Counted from the first letter of the stretch, positions 12,864-25,106 are shown. The stretch: DNA of 64,000 bases from Vicugna vicugna (GCA_013265495.1 MU061668.1:337208-401207); one strand, 5' to 3'. Made by a program: numbers and translations. The notes: generated by a model not told the origin, from the letters alone.

Positions 12864-13919
12864 ATGTCCCTGCCCTGGTGCATTGCCTCCCTGGGCAGCT
12901 GACAACTTCACCTGGGCCCCTGGCTCTTCTTTAAGTCCTTGCCTGGGTTGCGGGGGGAGGGGGGATAAGGGCTCATGCCCAGTGCAGAGCTGGCCCCAGG
13001 ACCTGTTCACCTGCCCACGTCCCTTTTTCTGTGCAAGGCTGTGGATTCCCTTCCCATCTTCTCCACCCCCTTTTGGGTCTCGGGCACATCACTAATGGCT
13101 CCACATACAGTAGGCACTTAATAAAAGCTGGATGCTCTCAGGGGGGCTGGTTATTCATGCCCCTTAGGCATAAATCACCTTGCTCTACCGATCAGCAGGG
13201 ACCCCTCAAATCCAGGTTGGAAAGGCAGCCCCCACTGCAGAGGCCAGAACCCCCAGGATGCGAGGAAACACACACGTGCCCCTGGCTCCAGCATCCTCTC
13301 CCCGCAAAGGCGGATGAGGGAAATCGGGCCCAAAGTGCTGTCTAAGGGGCCCCACAGCCCCACTCCTCACGCCGCAGCAGCCACACCTCCAGGAGCTTGT
13401 TAGAAAGAAACACAGGCCCTCGAGCCCGCCCCAGGCCCACTGGTCAGAACCTGCGTGCTAGCCCGGCCCCCAGGCCCTCGCGTGCACGTTTAAGTCGGAG
13501 AAGCTCCTCTCTACCGAGAACCATTGGCGCCGTTTCTCTGGAAAGGGGTGTTATCGTGGGCTCAAAGCCAGGCTGACACAGAGCTGGACACTCACAGAAC
13601 AAGTCCTGCATTAGCACCCCGGGTCCCTCCAAGGTCACCGCCCATACTGGGCACTGGGGGGGTTCCCCACGCAGGCCTCAGAATCTTCCCACCCACACCT
13701 GGTCACCAGAGGTGACTGAAAGGAAACAAGGAGCCAGCTCCCCAGGATGGTGCCGTGAGGCACTTGCTGACAGTGCGTGTCACCGTTCCCTGGGAAAGCA
13801 GGGCGCATGTCCCTGCCCTGGTGCATTGCCTCCCTGGGCAGCTGACAACTTCACCTGGGCCCCTGGCTCTTCTTTAAGTCCTTGCCTGGGTTGCGGGGGG
13901 GAGGGGGGATAAGGGCTCA
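12864..13919 (+). repeat. Dispersed direct repeat, 112/113 bp (12864-12975 and 13807-13919)
   Basis: Copies identical except G6 vs G7 in one run. Confidence 0.95.
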
Positions 13920-14276
13920 CGCCCTGCAATGAACACCAGGTGACCCACGACTGCTGTGGAAGGGGCTGAGTGACGAAGGGGTTCTGAGAGGCGCCAAAGA
14001 GCCAAGGGTGCACCTATAGGGCAGGGGTCTCCTTTTTCTCAGTGACGCCAGCCAGGAGCGACTGCACGCCTCACTCCTCCCTCCCAGGATAAACAGAAAG
14101 GGGAAGTCGCCGCTGGCCTGCCACCGCAGAGCCACCAGGCTGACCCACGCCCTGACCCCACCCTCACCTGAGCCCAGGAGCTCTGTACAGAACTACACAG
14201 GAAGTGGGCGGCAGGCGGGATGCCTCTGCCCCATGAGTGCAGCCTGCACAGCCACGGGATCTGGGATGACCAGATG

Positions 14277-14277
<1 letters not shown>

Positions 14278-14307
<30 letters not shown>
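14278..14307 (+). repeat. (AC)15 microsatellite
   Basis: Direct reading. Confidence 0.95.
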
Positions 14308-14311
<4 letters not shown>

Positions 14312-14527
14312 CCCCTCCGCCGCAGTCCATGGAGTGTGAGCCAGACGGTCCCAAAGACAAGGGGACCAAGGGTTAGACAGGGTGCAGAGCACGCAGGAAC
14401 CCCAACCCAGCCGGTGAGTTTCCCCTCCGACGCAGTCCATGGAGTGTGAGCCAGATGGTCCCAAAGACAAGGGGACCAAGGGGTTAGACAGGGTGCAGAG
14501 CACGCAGGAACCCCAACCCAGCCGGTG
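14308..14527 (+). repeat. Tandem duplication, 110-bp unit x2
   Basis: Units start at 14308 and 14418; two substitutions and one 1-nt indel. Confidence 0.95.
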
Positions 14528-16330
14528 CTCGGTGCTCCCTGCCCCGCCCCAGATGGGCGCCGGGACTTCAGCGGAGAGGGGCCGCGCACGCGACTTCGGA
14601 CCCACGGGAGGCAAACGCGCGGCCGGGAAGCCGAGGCCAGTACGGCTGGGCGGTCCCGCCCCATCCCGTCCCCTGCTTAATCCTTGAACCGAAATAGCCC
14701 CGGGTAATCCCGGGACGAGACGGGAAGGGTATTAACCCCGAGCCACGAAGAAGAGAAGAAGGCGTCCAGAGGGAAGAGGGCTAGGCGCGTCCTGGGCTGG
14801 AGGCTGCACAGAGTCCCCTCGGGAGGGATGCGACCCGCAAGTGACCCAGGCGGGCTCGAGGGCGGGATCCGTGCCTGCCGCGCCCCCTCCCTTCCGGGTC
14901 TCCGGGTCAGGAGCTCTGGCCCCGCTACCCAGAGCCCCAGGGCTGCGCCCTGTAGCGAGGCCGACCCCGCAACCGAGCTCCAGAGTCGCGGGAGCCCGAA
15001 TCCCGAGCCGGCCGGCTGCTGAGAGCCTGGCAGGCGGGAGCGCAGGGCAGCGCCCCGGAGCCCCTTTCCCCGGGAGCTCAGTCCCCGCCGAGACCGAGCC
15101 CCAGGTCGGGGCCGCGACCCCGCCNNNNNNNNNNNNNNNNNNNNNNNNNNNNNNNNNNNNNNNNNNNNNNNNNNNNNNNNNNNNNNNNNNNNNNNNNNNN
15201 NNNNNNNNNNNNNNNNNNNNNNNNNNNNNNNNNNNNNNNNNNNNNNNNNNNNNNNNNNNNNNNNNNNNNNNNNNNNNNNNNNNNNNNNNNNNNNNNNNNN
15301 NNNNNNNNNNNNNNNNNNNNNNNNNNNNNNNNNNNNNNNNNNNNNNNNNNNNNNNNNNNNNNNNNNNNNNNNNNNNNNNNNNNNNNNNNNNNNNNNNNNN
15401 NNNNNNNNNNNNNNNNNNNNNNNNNNNNNNNNNNNNNNNNNNNNNNNNNNNNNNNNNNNNNNNNNNNNNNNNNNNNNNNNNNNNNNNNNNNNNNNNNNNN
15501 NNNNNNNNNNNNNNNNNNNNNNNNNNNNNNNNNNNNNNNNNNNNNNNNNNNNNNNNNNNNNNNNNNNNNNNNNNNNNNNNNNNNNNNNNNNNNNNNNNNN
15601 NNNNNNNNNNNNNNNNNNNNNNNNNNNNNNNNNNNNNNNNNNNNNNNNNNNNNNNNNNNNNNNNNNNNNNNNNNNNNNNNNNNNNNNNNNNNNNNNNNNN
15701 NNNNNNGCGCCGCCCGCGGCCCCACGGATGCGGCGGGGCGGGCAGGGCGCGGAGCTGCGGCCGCCGCGGGCGGGCGAGCGAGGAGTTTGCAAAGTGCCGG
15801 CTGCGACGCGAGGGGGAGCGGGAGCCGGAGCCCGGGGCGGCCGGCGCGGGAGGAGTCGGGAGGGAGGCGGCGGCGGAGGGAGGGCGCCGCCTGCCGGCCC
15901 CGCGCCCGGCTCCCCGCGCCCCGCGCGCCGCCACCCGGGTGCGAATCGCGCCTCCGCACCGCCGCCCCGGCCGCGCTGATGCCCAAATTTCACAAAGCAG
16001 CAATTCGGCAGACTAAAACTTCCAACTCATACTATCAGCCGACGACTGGCGTGTGAGCAGGAAAACAACTCATGAACTCATCAGCGCCGTGACATCTTTT
16101 TTGATGTAAGTCTCCGAAAGCGCAGGGTTCCTTGTGTTGCACAAGCAAGACACCTTCCTGGCCTGTCCCGGCCGCGCTCTAAGCGGTCGGGGGCGCCGAC
16201 GACCCCGCGAGGCCGATGCGGACCAGCCGCCGAGGCCAGGCCTGGGCCCTCCGCGCGCTCCCGGGGCCTGGTGCGATGGCCTGCAGGCCGCGGACCCACC
16301 GCAACGCTGGCCTGGACAAGTTCAGCAGGT
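14500..16330 (-). promoter_or_regulatory. IQSEC1: CpG island; probable distal promoter and first exon of IQSEC1
   Basis: Very CpG-dense with GC boxes (seen). Gene identity is inferred only from synteny: in human IQSEC1 starts a few tens of kb downstream of NUP210 on the same strand. No IQSEC1 peptide is recognisable, and the core is an N gap. Confidence 0.5.
15125..15706. other. Assembly gap (582 N)
   Basis: Run of n characters. Confidence 1.
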
Positions 16331-17779
16331 TTTTTTGCCTCTGGGCCTCGACTTCCTCAGCAGCCGTGTTTTCTAAGTCTTGACTTTTAAAAACCATTGT
16401 CGTTTTCACACTTCTAATGTCTTTAGGGCTAAACGTTATTTTTCTACGTTATGGAAGAATTCAGTTATTTCCATTGTTTCTTGTTTTCTGGCAAGTGTAT
16501 TTTAAGGCTATAAATTTACCTCTGGGGAAAGCTTTAGCTACATCTCATAGATTTATAAACTGTAATAAAGCACATTTTGTTGCTCCCTTCGTTAAAGCTG
16601 GCATCACACTGGCTTTGACAGAACGCGGTATCCCATGCCCGCGTCTCTTGATGTCCCTTTACGTCCAGGAGGGGGTGAGCCCTGTGTGCCGAGACCCCAG
16701 ACCCTCCAGGGACCTGAGCCCTCCTTGGGGGGCCCCTGGGCACGGCCTATGGAGAGGGACAGAATGACAGTGGGGCTATTTGGGGTCCTCAAATCCACCG
16801 AGCACTTTTCCTTCAGATGAGGTTATACACACAGCAGCCTGAGCGAAAACTCTTAGCAGTCAGTCACCTTTAAGCTTCCCCCTCATTCTAGGCTCCTTGT
16901 GATGCTCCAGAAATTGATATTTTTATCAATCCCGTAATTATTTTGTGAAAGGCACGATTATATGACATCCTGCCCATGTGTGTAAAGTGTTTCTCATTTC
17001 AGTTTATACATTGAAAATACACCAACATCTCTGCAACCCTAGTCTATTTCCTCATTTTATAAAGACACCAGGAGCCCCCCCAACAGGGCTATGGCCCTGG
17101 CTTCTCTTGACTTTTTTGGGAGACCTGACCCTGGCAACATATGTGGGGTCTCTGCAAATGTTCAGGAGTAAAGGAAATTCAGGCCTACGTCCTGGGACAT
17201 GTGAGTGAGGATTATTGGGGGGGGGAAGCTGATTGGGGAGGGGCAGCTCCCCCCGCTGGTGCTGAGCCCAAGGGCTTGCCCAGTAAACCTCCTGCAGCAG
17301 GCCTCCTCTCCCCTCACCCCCACTCTGTCTCACTCTGCTCCTTGGACTGTGTTGTGATTTATGCGATTTATATGCTGTTCTGGAACTCTAGTCAAAGTCT
17401 CCATGCTTTATAGAGAGAGGTTCTAAACCTGAAAACCCAGTATTAGGCTTCTCCAGTACTATCATTACATAAACACAAGGCCAGAGGCGTTTGAATTGAA
17501 ATGCAGGGGGAAGGAAAAAGATGCAGCTACACACTCCAAAGAAAATAAAGGAGGCAAAAATTTGGAGGAGGAGACGGGAAGGGAAGGCATGTTGGAAGCG
17601 TCTCTTAATCCACATTCAGTGTATCAGTAAGATCATTGATCTTTGGAATATTACCATTTGCTGTAGGATATTCATTTTTCTCCTTAAAAACCTTCCTCTG
17701 AGCGCTCTCTGACTCACTGTTGTAATCTGGCCCAGCAGCTACCTCGGCCAGCTACGTGGCTCTCGTCAGAGATTTCTCA

Positions 17780-18100
17780 GCATTACACTTCTGGACTGGG
17801 TCCATGGTTTCCTGGATCCTATGTCTTCTCTTTCTTGGGTTTGTTTTCCATTTTGCTGTGCACATCCTCTAGTGAGTCTCCCAGAGACAGCTGGTGGGAA
17901 GGTCTTTGAGTCCTTGTGTGTCTGAAGTTATTTATTTTGCCTTCACACTTGATTGACAGTTTGGCTGGGTATAGAATTCTCGGTTCAAAATCAGTTTCCT
18001 CAGAACCTGGAAGGGTTTGTTCCATTTTCCTCTATTTCTTCTCTATTTTCCCTCCAGTGCTGCTGATGCTCATCTGAGTCTTGTTCCTTTGAGGAAGTTT
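17780..18100 (-). mobile_element. L1 ORF1 C-terminal/inter-ORF remnant
   Basis: Minus-strand ORF 17819-18025 contains FEPRILYPAKLSIKCEGKI, matching the L1 ORF1p motif PRILYPAKLSF. Confidence 0.8.
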
Positions 18101-18229
18101 CTCCTAGAGGGTGGGGGGAGGGTGATCCTGCACTCCATCAGGACTTTTGGAAATAAGGGGAGGGGCATTTTTGATCATCACGATGACTGGGGACACTCTG
18201 GTACTCCGCGAGCAGGGGTCTGGGATACG

Positions 18230-19203
18230 ACACGCAGAAAAGACCCATCTAACAGAAACTGCCCCACTCATATTGCCAAAAAGAGGAGCAAGGTCGGAGG
18301 ACCCACACCTGGTGATTTCAAGACTTATTATAAAGCATCGGTACAAGGAGGACCGATGTCCAGCTAGACAGAAAGGTCAACAGGACAGGAAAAGGTGCAG
18401 AAACAGACCCAAACATACGTGGCCAATTTGTTTTGACAAAGATGCCAAGGTGGCCTCGTGGGGGACATGACAGTCAACCAGTGTTGCCAGTGCAGATGGA
18501 AATCCACGTGCAAAAGAGGGAGCCTCAACTCAGAGCTCGCGGCGTTTGTGAACATTAACTGGGAATGGAGCAGAGACCCAAAAGAGAGAGCTCGATGTAT
18601 ACAACTTCTAGGGGAAAATCTGAATGGCCTGGAGTTTGGCAGAGATTTCTTAAGCAAGACACCAAACGCATCAACTCTGAAAGAGAAGAAATCAATACAT
18701 TGGACTTCATTGCTATAAAAAAAATTTTGCTCTTCAGAAGACACTCCTAAGAAAAAGATAAGCCACACGCCCCTGAAGGCACTGAATCGTAAAAGATAAA
18801 CAGGGAGACTGGCTGTCGCGCACACTTTCCTGCTGAAATGCATAGAGTCCATCTCATACTTGCAGTTTTATGATTCAGGCCATCATCCTGAAAGAGCATC
18901 ACATTGTGTGGCTGTAATTCATGCATGGTAGCTAGTAAAGAGTTAAGAGTGAAGAAAAAAAAAAAAAGACAAGCCATCGTACAGGAGAAAATACTTGCAA
19001 AATGTACATTCAACCAGGGGCTTGTGTGTGCACTATCTCAAGAACTCTTCCAACTTAACAACAAGATAAACAACCCTATTAAACATTGGCAAAAGATTTG
19101 AACAGACATTTTACCAAAGAAGACACACAGGTGGCAAATAAGCAGACAAAAATATGCTCAACACCATTAGTCATTAGGGAAATGCAAAATCAAGTCACAA
19201 TGA
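18230..19203 (+). mobile_element. Old L1M ORF2 3' region remnant, interrupted at 18766-18960
   Basis: gatttcaagacttattataaagc, ttttgacaaagatgccaag; translation INWEWSRDP...IQLLGENL...FGRDFLSKTPNA resembles L1 ORF2 INSKWIKDL...LLEEN...GKDFLSKTPKA. Confidence 0.85.
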
Positions 19204-19320
19204 ATTGTAATAGCCTATAATGCAAAAGAATATGAAAAAGAATATGTATGTATCACTGAATCATTGTGCTGTACACCAGAAACTAACACAACATTGTAAG
19301 TCAACTCTCCTTCAATAAAA
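19204..19320 (+). mobile_element. 5'-truncated artiodactyl-type L1 3' end nested in older L1, 13-bp TSD
   Basis: ctgaatcattgtgctgtacaccagaaactaacacaacattgtaagtcaact...caataaaa, flanked by caagtcacaatga (19191-19203) and caaatcacaatga (19321-19333). Confidence 0.8.
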
Positions 19321-19339
19321 CAAATCACAATGACTTATA

Positions 19340-20190
19340 CATGACACCAAAACCATAAGGAACCAAAGAAAAACTAGAGAACCTGGACATTAATGAAATT
19401 AAAAATTTTGTGCTTCAAAGGACATTAGTCAAGAAACTGAAATGACAACGCTCAGAACAGGAGAAATTTTTTGTGAATCACGCATTTGATAAGACACTTG
19501 TTTCTAGGGTGTATAAAGAACCTCTACAACTCAATAATTTAAACGACTACCCAATGTGAAGTGGGCAAACGATCTGAGCAGACATTTCTCTTAAGCAGAT
19601 GAAAAGCGCATGAAAAGCTACTTAACATCACCAGGGAGCAGGGAAATGCAAATCAAGAGCAAGACGAGCTACCACGTCACACCTTGTAGGTTAGCTAACG
19701 TTACAAATACAGAAATAATACTTGTTGGCAAGAATGTAGAGAAACTGGGCCCTCATTCGTTGCTGGAGGGAATCTAAAATGGCCCAGCTGCTTTGAAAAG
19801 AATCCGCGGTTCCTCAAACACTGAAGCATTTACACCGTATGACCGAGAAATTCTACTCCAAGGTACCCAGCCAAGGGCTGAAAGCCACACATCCACACGA
19901 AAACTTGTACCTGAATGTGGTGATGGCGTTACTCACAAGAGCACATGTTGTGTGATTCCATTTATATGCGACGTCCCAAATAGGTCTACAGGGACAGACA
20001 GACAAACCTACAGAGCGGACGCACAGGGCTGGGGCGGGCGGGTGGTGGGTAGGTGAGCACTTCTTTCTAGGGTGATGAGAGTGTTCCAGAATTGACTGTA
20101 AAACTCTGGGAAGGTACTAAAAAGCACTAACTTGTACACTTTCGAAGGGTGACTTGCATGGTATGTTAATTATGTCTCACTAAAGCTGTC
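19340..20190 (+). mobile_element. Second L1M (L1MB-like) copy, ORF2 end and 3'UTR
   Basis: aaattaaaaattttgtgcttcaaaggac, agggaaatgcaaatcaa, ttgtgtgattccatttatatg, ggtatgttaattatgtctcactaaagctg. Confidence 0.8.
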
Positions 20191-20639
20191 ACACGAGTAA
20201 AACTTCATTCGCTACCAAAATGGCTTCAGTTAAGGAGCTGGACTGTTCTCCGCGCGTCTCCGTCGGGTCCGCTGGAGGGGGCGATGCAGGGCAGGGAAGT
20301 GCGGACCAGCCTCTCCAGGCCCCGAGGAGCCCTGATCCCTGTGCTTCTGACGGAATGGCCGTCTGAACTGTCGTGACGGATGCGGTGAGATGTGGCTCTC
20401 AGTGCCCGTGACAGACCTGGACCCCAGGACGCAGACGCAGGTGTGGCAGCGGGCCGTTCCAGCCCAAGATGGCCGTGCTTTTAAAAACTGTGTATCAGCT
20501 GCCAAGGTTCTAAGGGCCATCCAAAGAATCTAACTTGGGGCTCCTCTGGGACAGGCCCCTCCCAGCTGCAGTTGTCTCGGGTGGAAGGCGGCAGCCACCG
20601 TCACAGTCCGGGGTGTGGGTTCTCAGGCATGCCCTACGA

Positions 20640-21070
20640 ATGAAGAAGCTAACACCAGAGAGGGGAGTGACTTGCCCAAGGCCACTCAGCGAGTTAGAAG
20701 CGGGGGGCCATCTTGACCTTAAACTCCAGGCTCTGTGTGTTGCTGCTCCCCACCCTGCCCATTTCCAGTGGTTTACTGATTATTCCACAAAGCCTCCCCC
20801 TGACATGAAGGCTGCTGCGGAGGGTGCAGAAGAGAAAGGGGTGAAGGCACAGACACACCGCCCCTCATTCCCAGGCATCTGCGTCCCCTCCTCTGCACCC
20901 CTAGCTCTTGGCACTTTGGTACATGCTGTTCCTTCTTCCAGATACTCTTTCCTCACCTTCTTCAGACTGGCAAACTCCTATGCATGCTTCAAAATCCAAT
21001 CTAAGTGGCATCTCCCTCCAGGAGCCCTCTCTGATTCCCCCAGCCCACACGGAAGCTCCTTTTAGCTTCT
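20640..21070. mobile_element. MIR (20640-20730) followed by L2 fragment (20860-21070)
   Basis: gtgacttgcccaaggccactcagc; catgctgttccttct...ctcctatgcatgcttcaaaatcca...ggagccctctctga. Confidence 0.6.
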
Positions 21071-23199
21071 GAGGCTCTTCCTCCTGCTGTTTTTTAAAGA
21101 TGGTTTCCAGTTTGGTAGGGCTGTGGGAAAATCAGCCCTAACTCTCCGTCACGGCCGGCATGACAATAGCACACACTCCTTGGAAGACAACGAGGGAATC
21201 GAACTGTCCTCCAGATTTCAAATGCACACACCCTTTGACCTGACAATGCCAAGCTTAGGAATTTATTCCACAGTAAACCCACTCACTGGCTCAAAGGAAT
21301 CATGGAAAGCCCATTCTGCAGAAAATCTGCAGCTGGAGCCAAGGTTGGGCTCTGTGGACTGACAAGGGTGACCTTCAGAATAAAGGAAGTGATGAAAGGG
21401 AGCACGGAGCAGGAGACGTGGGCGGCTCCCAGCGGTGTGGAAGCGGGGAGGAGCACGCAGGACTGCGTGCTTGAGTAGGCACAGACCGTTCCCAGAGGGA
21501 CGCGCTCCAGATAATGCTGAAGGCGGCTGCCCCTGGACTTGTTACACCTCCTCATGTGTGTTTTACCTTTTATGAAAACAGCAGTACCCTAGGTGTGGAA
21601 AGACTGACTCGTTAGCATTTGGTAAAGTTCAGATACTGTTTCCCATGCATATGCGTTACCTATTCAGAATATAGCCATGATAATAAGTGCACTGAAAGAG
21701 AATCAAATGATCTCCAGGTATGATGTTCTCTCTGCCCGTCTCCTCTGACCTCACCGGATTCTGATCCCTGAACCTCTGCTCCCACGAACTGCCACCAAGC
21801 AGCGCTCAGGAAGCTTCTGATGAATGAGTGACCGAGGGGGGCACCCCTCACCCCTACCCGCCCTGAACCAGCACAGGTGTCCTCCCCACAGCCTGCGGGC
21901 AGGAAGGCGCCCACCCAGGGCTCCACGGGGCACCCTGAGCCCTCCCTGGCAGGAAGCAGGGGCCTCCTGGCCATGGGGGGGCTCTCCCCTCCCCCTGCAC
22001 ACTCTCACCCTGACCTCCAGCATCCGTCTGTCTTTACGCTCCAGCTCACTTGGCCCTTTGTTGAAGAAGTACAGACAAGTGGTGGACAGTACAGACAGAC
22101 AAAAGATGGTAGAAAGAACCAGGACTTAGAAATCCTGCTTGGCCACCAACTTGTTAATAAGCCCTGCACCACTGTCTTCAGTTCTGAAGTGTCACTGAAT
22201 TCATCTGTAAACGGAGAGACTCACCCTCCCTTCCAGGCTGCGGTCAGGATAAGTTAAGGCTGTTGGTGGGAACGTGTGCAAAGCACGTGGCTCGGGGAAG
22301 GTGCATGTGACCTAACTCTACCTCGGCCCCGCTGCCTGGCCCCGCTGCCTGGCCCCGCCTGGGGTTTCCTCAACGTCTGCAGAGGCCACGTTGGAACAGA
22401 GACAGCGTTAAACGATACGATTAGAAGCCTAGGTATGTATGTTCAAAGTATGAACGTGGCCACTAGAAAAACAGAGATAGAAGGCATAATTTTCAGAGCA
22501 GCAGGGGGGGGGAAATGGAACAAAGAGAATTCGATCAATTAAAAAATGAAACAAAATGAAATCCTGATTAATCATAATTAACATAATACGGCCAAGTAAG
22601 CCCAGAGCAGCTCTGCAGTACAATAAAGCGAACGTTTCCTGTTCCCCTATCAAAAGGCAGAGACTCCTGTAAACGTGTGTTTACAAGCATTACGGCATCT
22701 CAACAGCTCCCTGGGGGCCAGAGCCCCTGCCGGCCCCCTCCCCACCCAGCGCACCTGTCCCGATGCTCCGCGCCGCCAGTGCTCAGCGCTGGCCGTCAGG
22801 CCGCCTCGCTCAGGGGGCTGAGGAGCACTTAGCGGCCAGTCCTGACGGGGCTGGTCGGTGACTGCAGTCACCTTATGCATCATTTGTTTCTGCACGTCAG
22901 GATCTTCACCCCCGAAGGTCCTACCTACTAGGAGCAGGTGGCTGGCTACAACGTTCTGCTTTCAGCGATGCTTAGAGCAGGTGCACACAACCCGCTGTGG
23001 GACTGAGGCCCTGCTTGGGGTCTCCTGTCCCCAGGGCAGGCTCCTGGAGCCCGTGCACACAGAACACCCTCTCAGGACTCAGGGCTGCTCTAAGTGCTCG
23101 TGGTCCGCTGTCGGCCAGACCTATACAGAAGACGTTGATCTGCCTTTCAAAGAAGGGGAAGACAGTCAGAAAAAGGAGTCTTCAGCGTTAGATCGTCAG

Positions 23200-24030
23200 C
23201 ACTGGAGCTTGTCGGTAACAATCCTCATTACAAATGGGGAGGCCCAGAGAGGGGGAGCAATTTGTTTGAGGACACACAGCATGTGAACGGCAACTCACCC
23301 AGTGGAACCCCAGATTGGGTCCTTCAGATGATGCGTTCAAGAGTTTCACCATCACTGGGTACACACCAAGTGCAGAGTTGAATTTTTTCTTTCCTTTTTC
23401 TGGACAAAACTATTTTTCGTTTAAGAGGTTTCTTATCAAATACGCTTAGCCTGAGATGAAACTTGGTATCCGTTGCTGTCGTTACAAGGGAATCCACAAA
23501 ATAAAACAGAAGGACAAAACGGTCATTTTAGTTAGAGGTGGTTGTCATTCCACACTGAGTGTTGGGCTGGTTCTTCCCAATCAGAGTCCTAGGGCGGTGA
23601 AAACGACCAGTCAGCATGTGGGCAAGCTCCGCGTCATGCCGTCATGCTGACCGGAAACGGCCCTGGCTGTCCTCGTCACCCCATGATGTTTAAGGTGCAC
23701 ATCTCCTCAGACAACCTTGGGGACTTTGTCTCAGGTGCCTCAGGGCCCCACAGGGCTTGTCCTCACCTCCCCCAGCCTCTGCCTTTCCATCTGTGAAATG
23801 GGGATAAGGACATCCGCTCCTGGGGGACGCTGGAGGCCGTGGAATTCAATGAGGTCACGGGTAAACCACCCAGCCTGGCGCCCTCCTGTGAGGGGCTGCA
23901 GTCATTGTCCCTCCACTGCCTCTGAAGGAGGGGGCGCTCACAGTCCTCCCCACGGGAGCACAGAGTGGGGTGCCACCTCATCCATCCTTCCCCTTTTACA
24001 GGTGGGGACTCCGAGGCCCTGAGATGAGGC
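23200..24030. mobile_element. Cluster of MIR fragments (~23200-23330, 23740-23870, 23980-24030)
   Basis: cattacaaatggggaggcccagagaggg; ctttccatctgtgaaatgggataag; cccttttacaggtggggactccgaggc. Confidence 0.6.
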
Positions 24031-25106
24031 CCCTCCCTGAGCCGCTGGAGCAGCTGGGAACGTGTCAGGAGTGCGTGAACGTGTATGAGATGGGGGGGAG
24101 GACACACTGACATGTCAGAATGAATGAATGTGTAATTAAATGTCCACAGAAGATAGCATTAGTCAACTAGTCAATTGCATCTCGACTCAGTGCTGTATAG
24201 TTATATATAAATTCTATTTAATGAGGCATGTGGGTGCCTTTTAATGTGTTTGATGTGACGCGGTGCGGATGTGCCCAAACGGGGCCTAGCAGGAGGCTTA
24301 AAATAGCCCCACCAGGAGAAGGAAGGGGAGGCCAAAGAGCTCTCATCCATCCATCCCTTCATTCATTCATTCTTTCATTCATTTAACAAACGCCAGGCCG
24401 GCAGAGCCCGTGTGAGGGGCCCTGATTCTGCCGAGGGGGGCGTGCTCCTCTGGGATCCTGTCCTGAACCTGGTTCTCCCCCATCTCCTGAGGACAGGGTC
24501 CCCCCTCCACACACGGGGAGACGAGGCTGAGAGAGAGCAGGGTAGGCTGAGGGCCCAGATTCACCTCGCTTGTGGCCAAGCAGGGAGGAGCCCCTGTCCT
24601 CCAGCTGTGCCTCTCCTGGAAGTGGGCGGGCCGCATCCTGGGGTGGGGGGCCTCTCCCTGCTCCTCATGAACATTCATACAGCTGACCCCGGCCTCCCCC
24701 TTCCAGAATTCTGCAAGGAAGCCCATTACAGATTCCTGCGGCCCGGCTGCATTTCTAATTAGGAGAACACGGTTGTTCTAATTTTAACATCGCTCCGTAC
24801 GCCCCCGGCCGCCTCCCCTCCCTCCGTTTCTATAAGGGATATTTTCGTCTCCCAGGAGCGGGATGCAGCCCCAGCTCTCTCGTCTGTTACTTGGGATGAG
24901 TCATCTTTCGGAGAATTCTCTGAAACGTGGGTAACTCGAACCGCTTGCTAAAACGCCCACCCGTTAGCACCTGGACCAGGCTGGAGGCTGGAGCCCTGTG
25001 AACCTTGACCCTTAGAATGAAATCCAGCTGCCTCCCCAGGCCGGCCAAGCCTCCCCAGGTTGCTGACTCATCCTCTCAACCCTCCCCTCCCCCACTGCCT
25101 CCAGCC

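Noticed and set aside
14677-16016. 300-440 aa ORFs across the CpG island
   Set aside because: Artefacts of translating through 582 N; flanks are GC-driven low-complexity peptides.
22325-22360. 13-bp minisatellite (ggccccgctgcct x ~2.7)
   Set aside because: Real but trivial slippage repeat with no spacer structure; not CRISPR-like.
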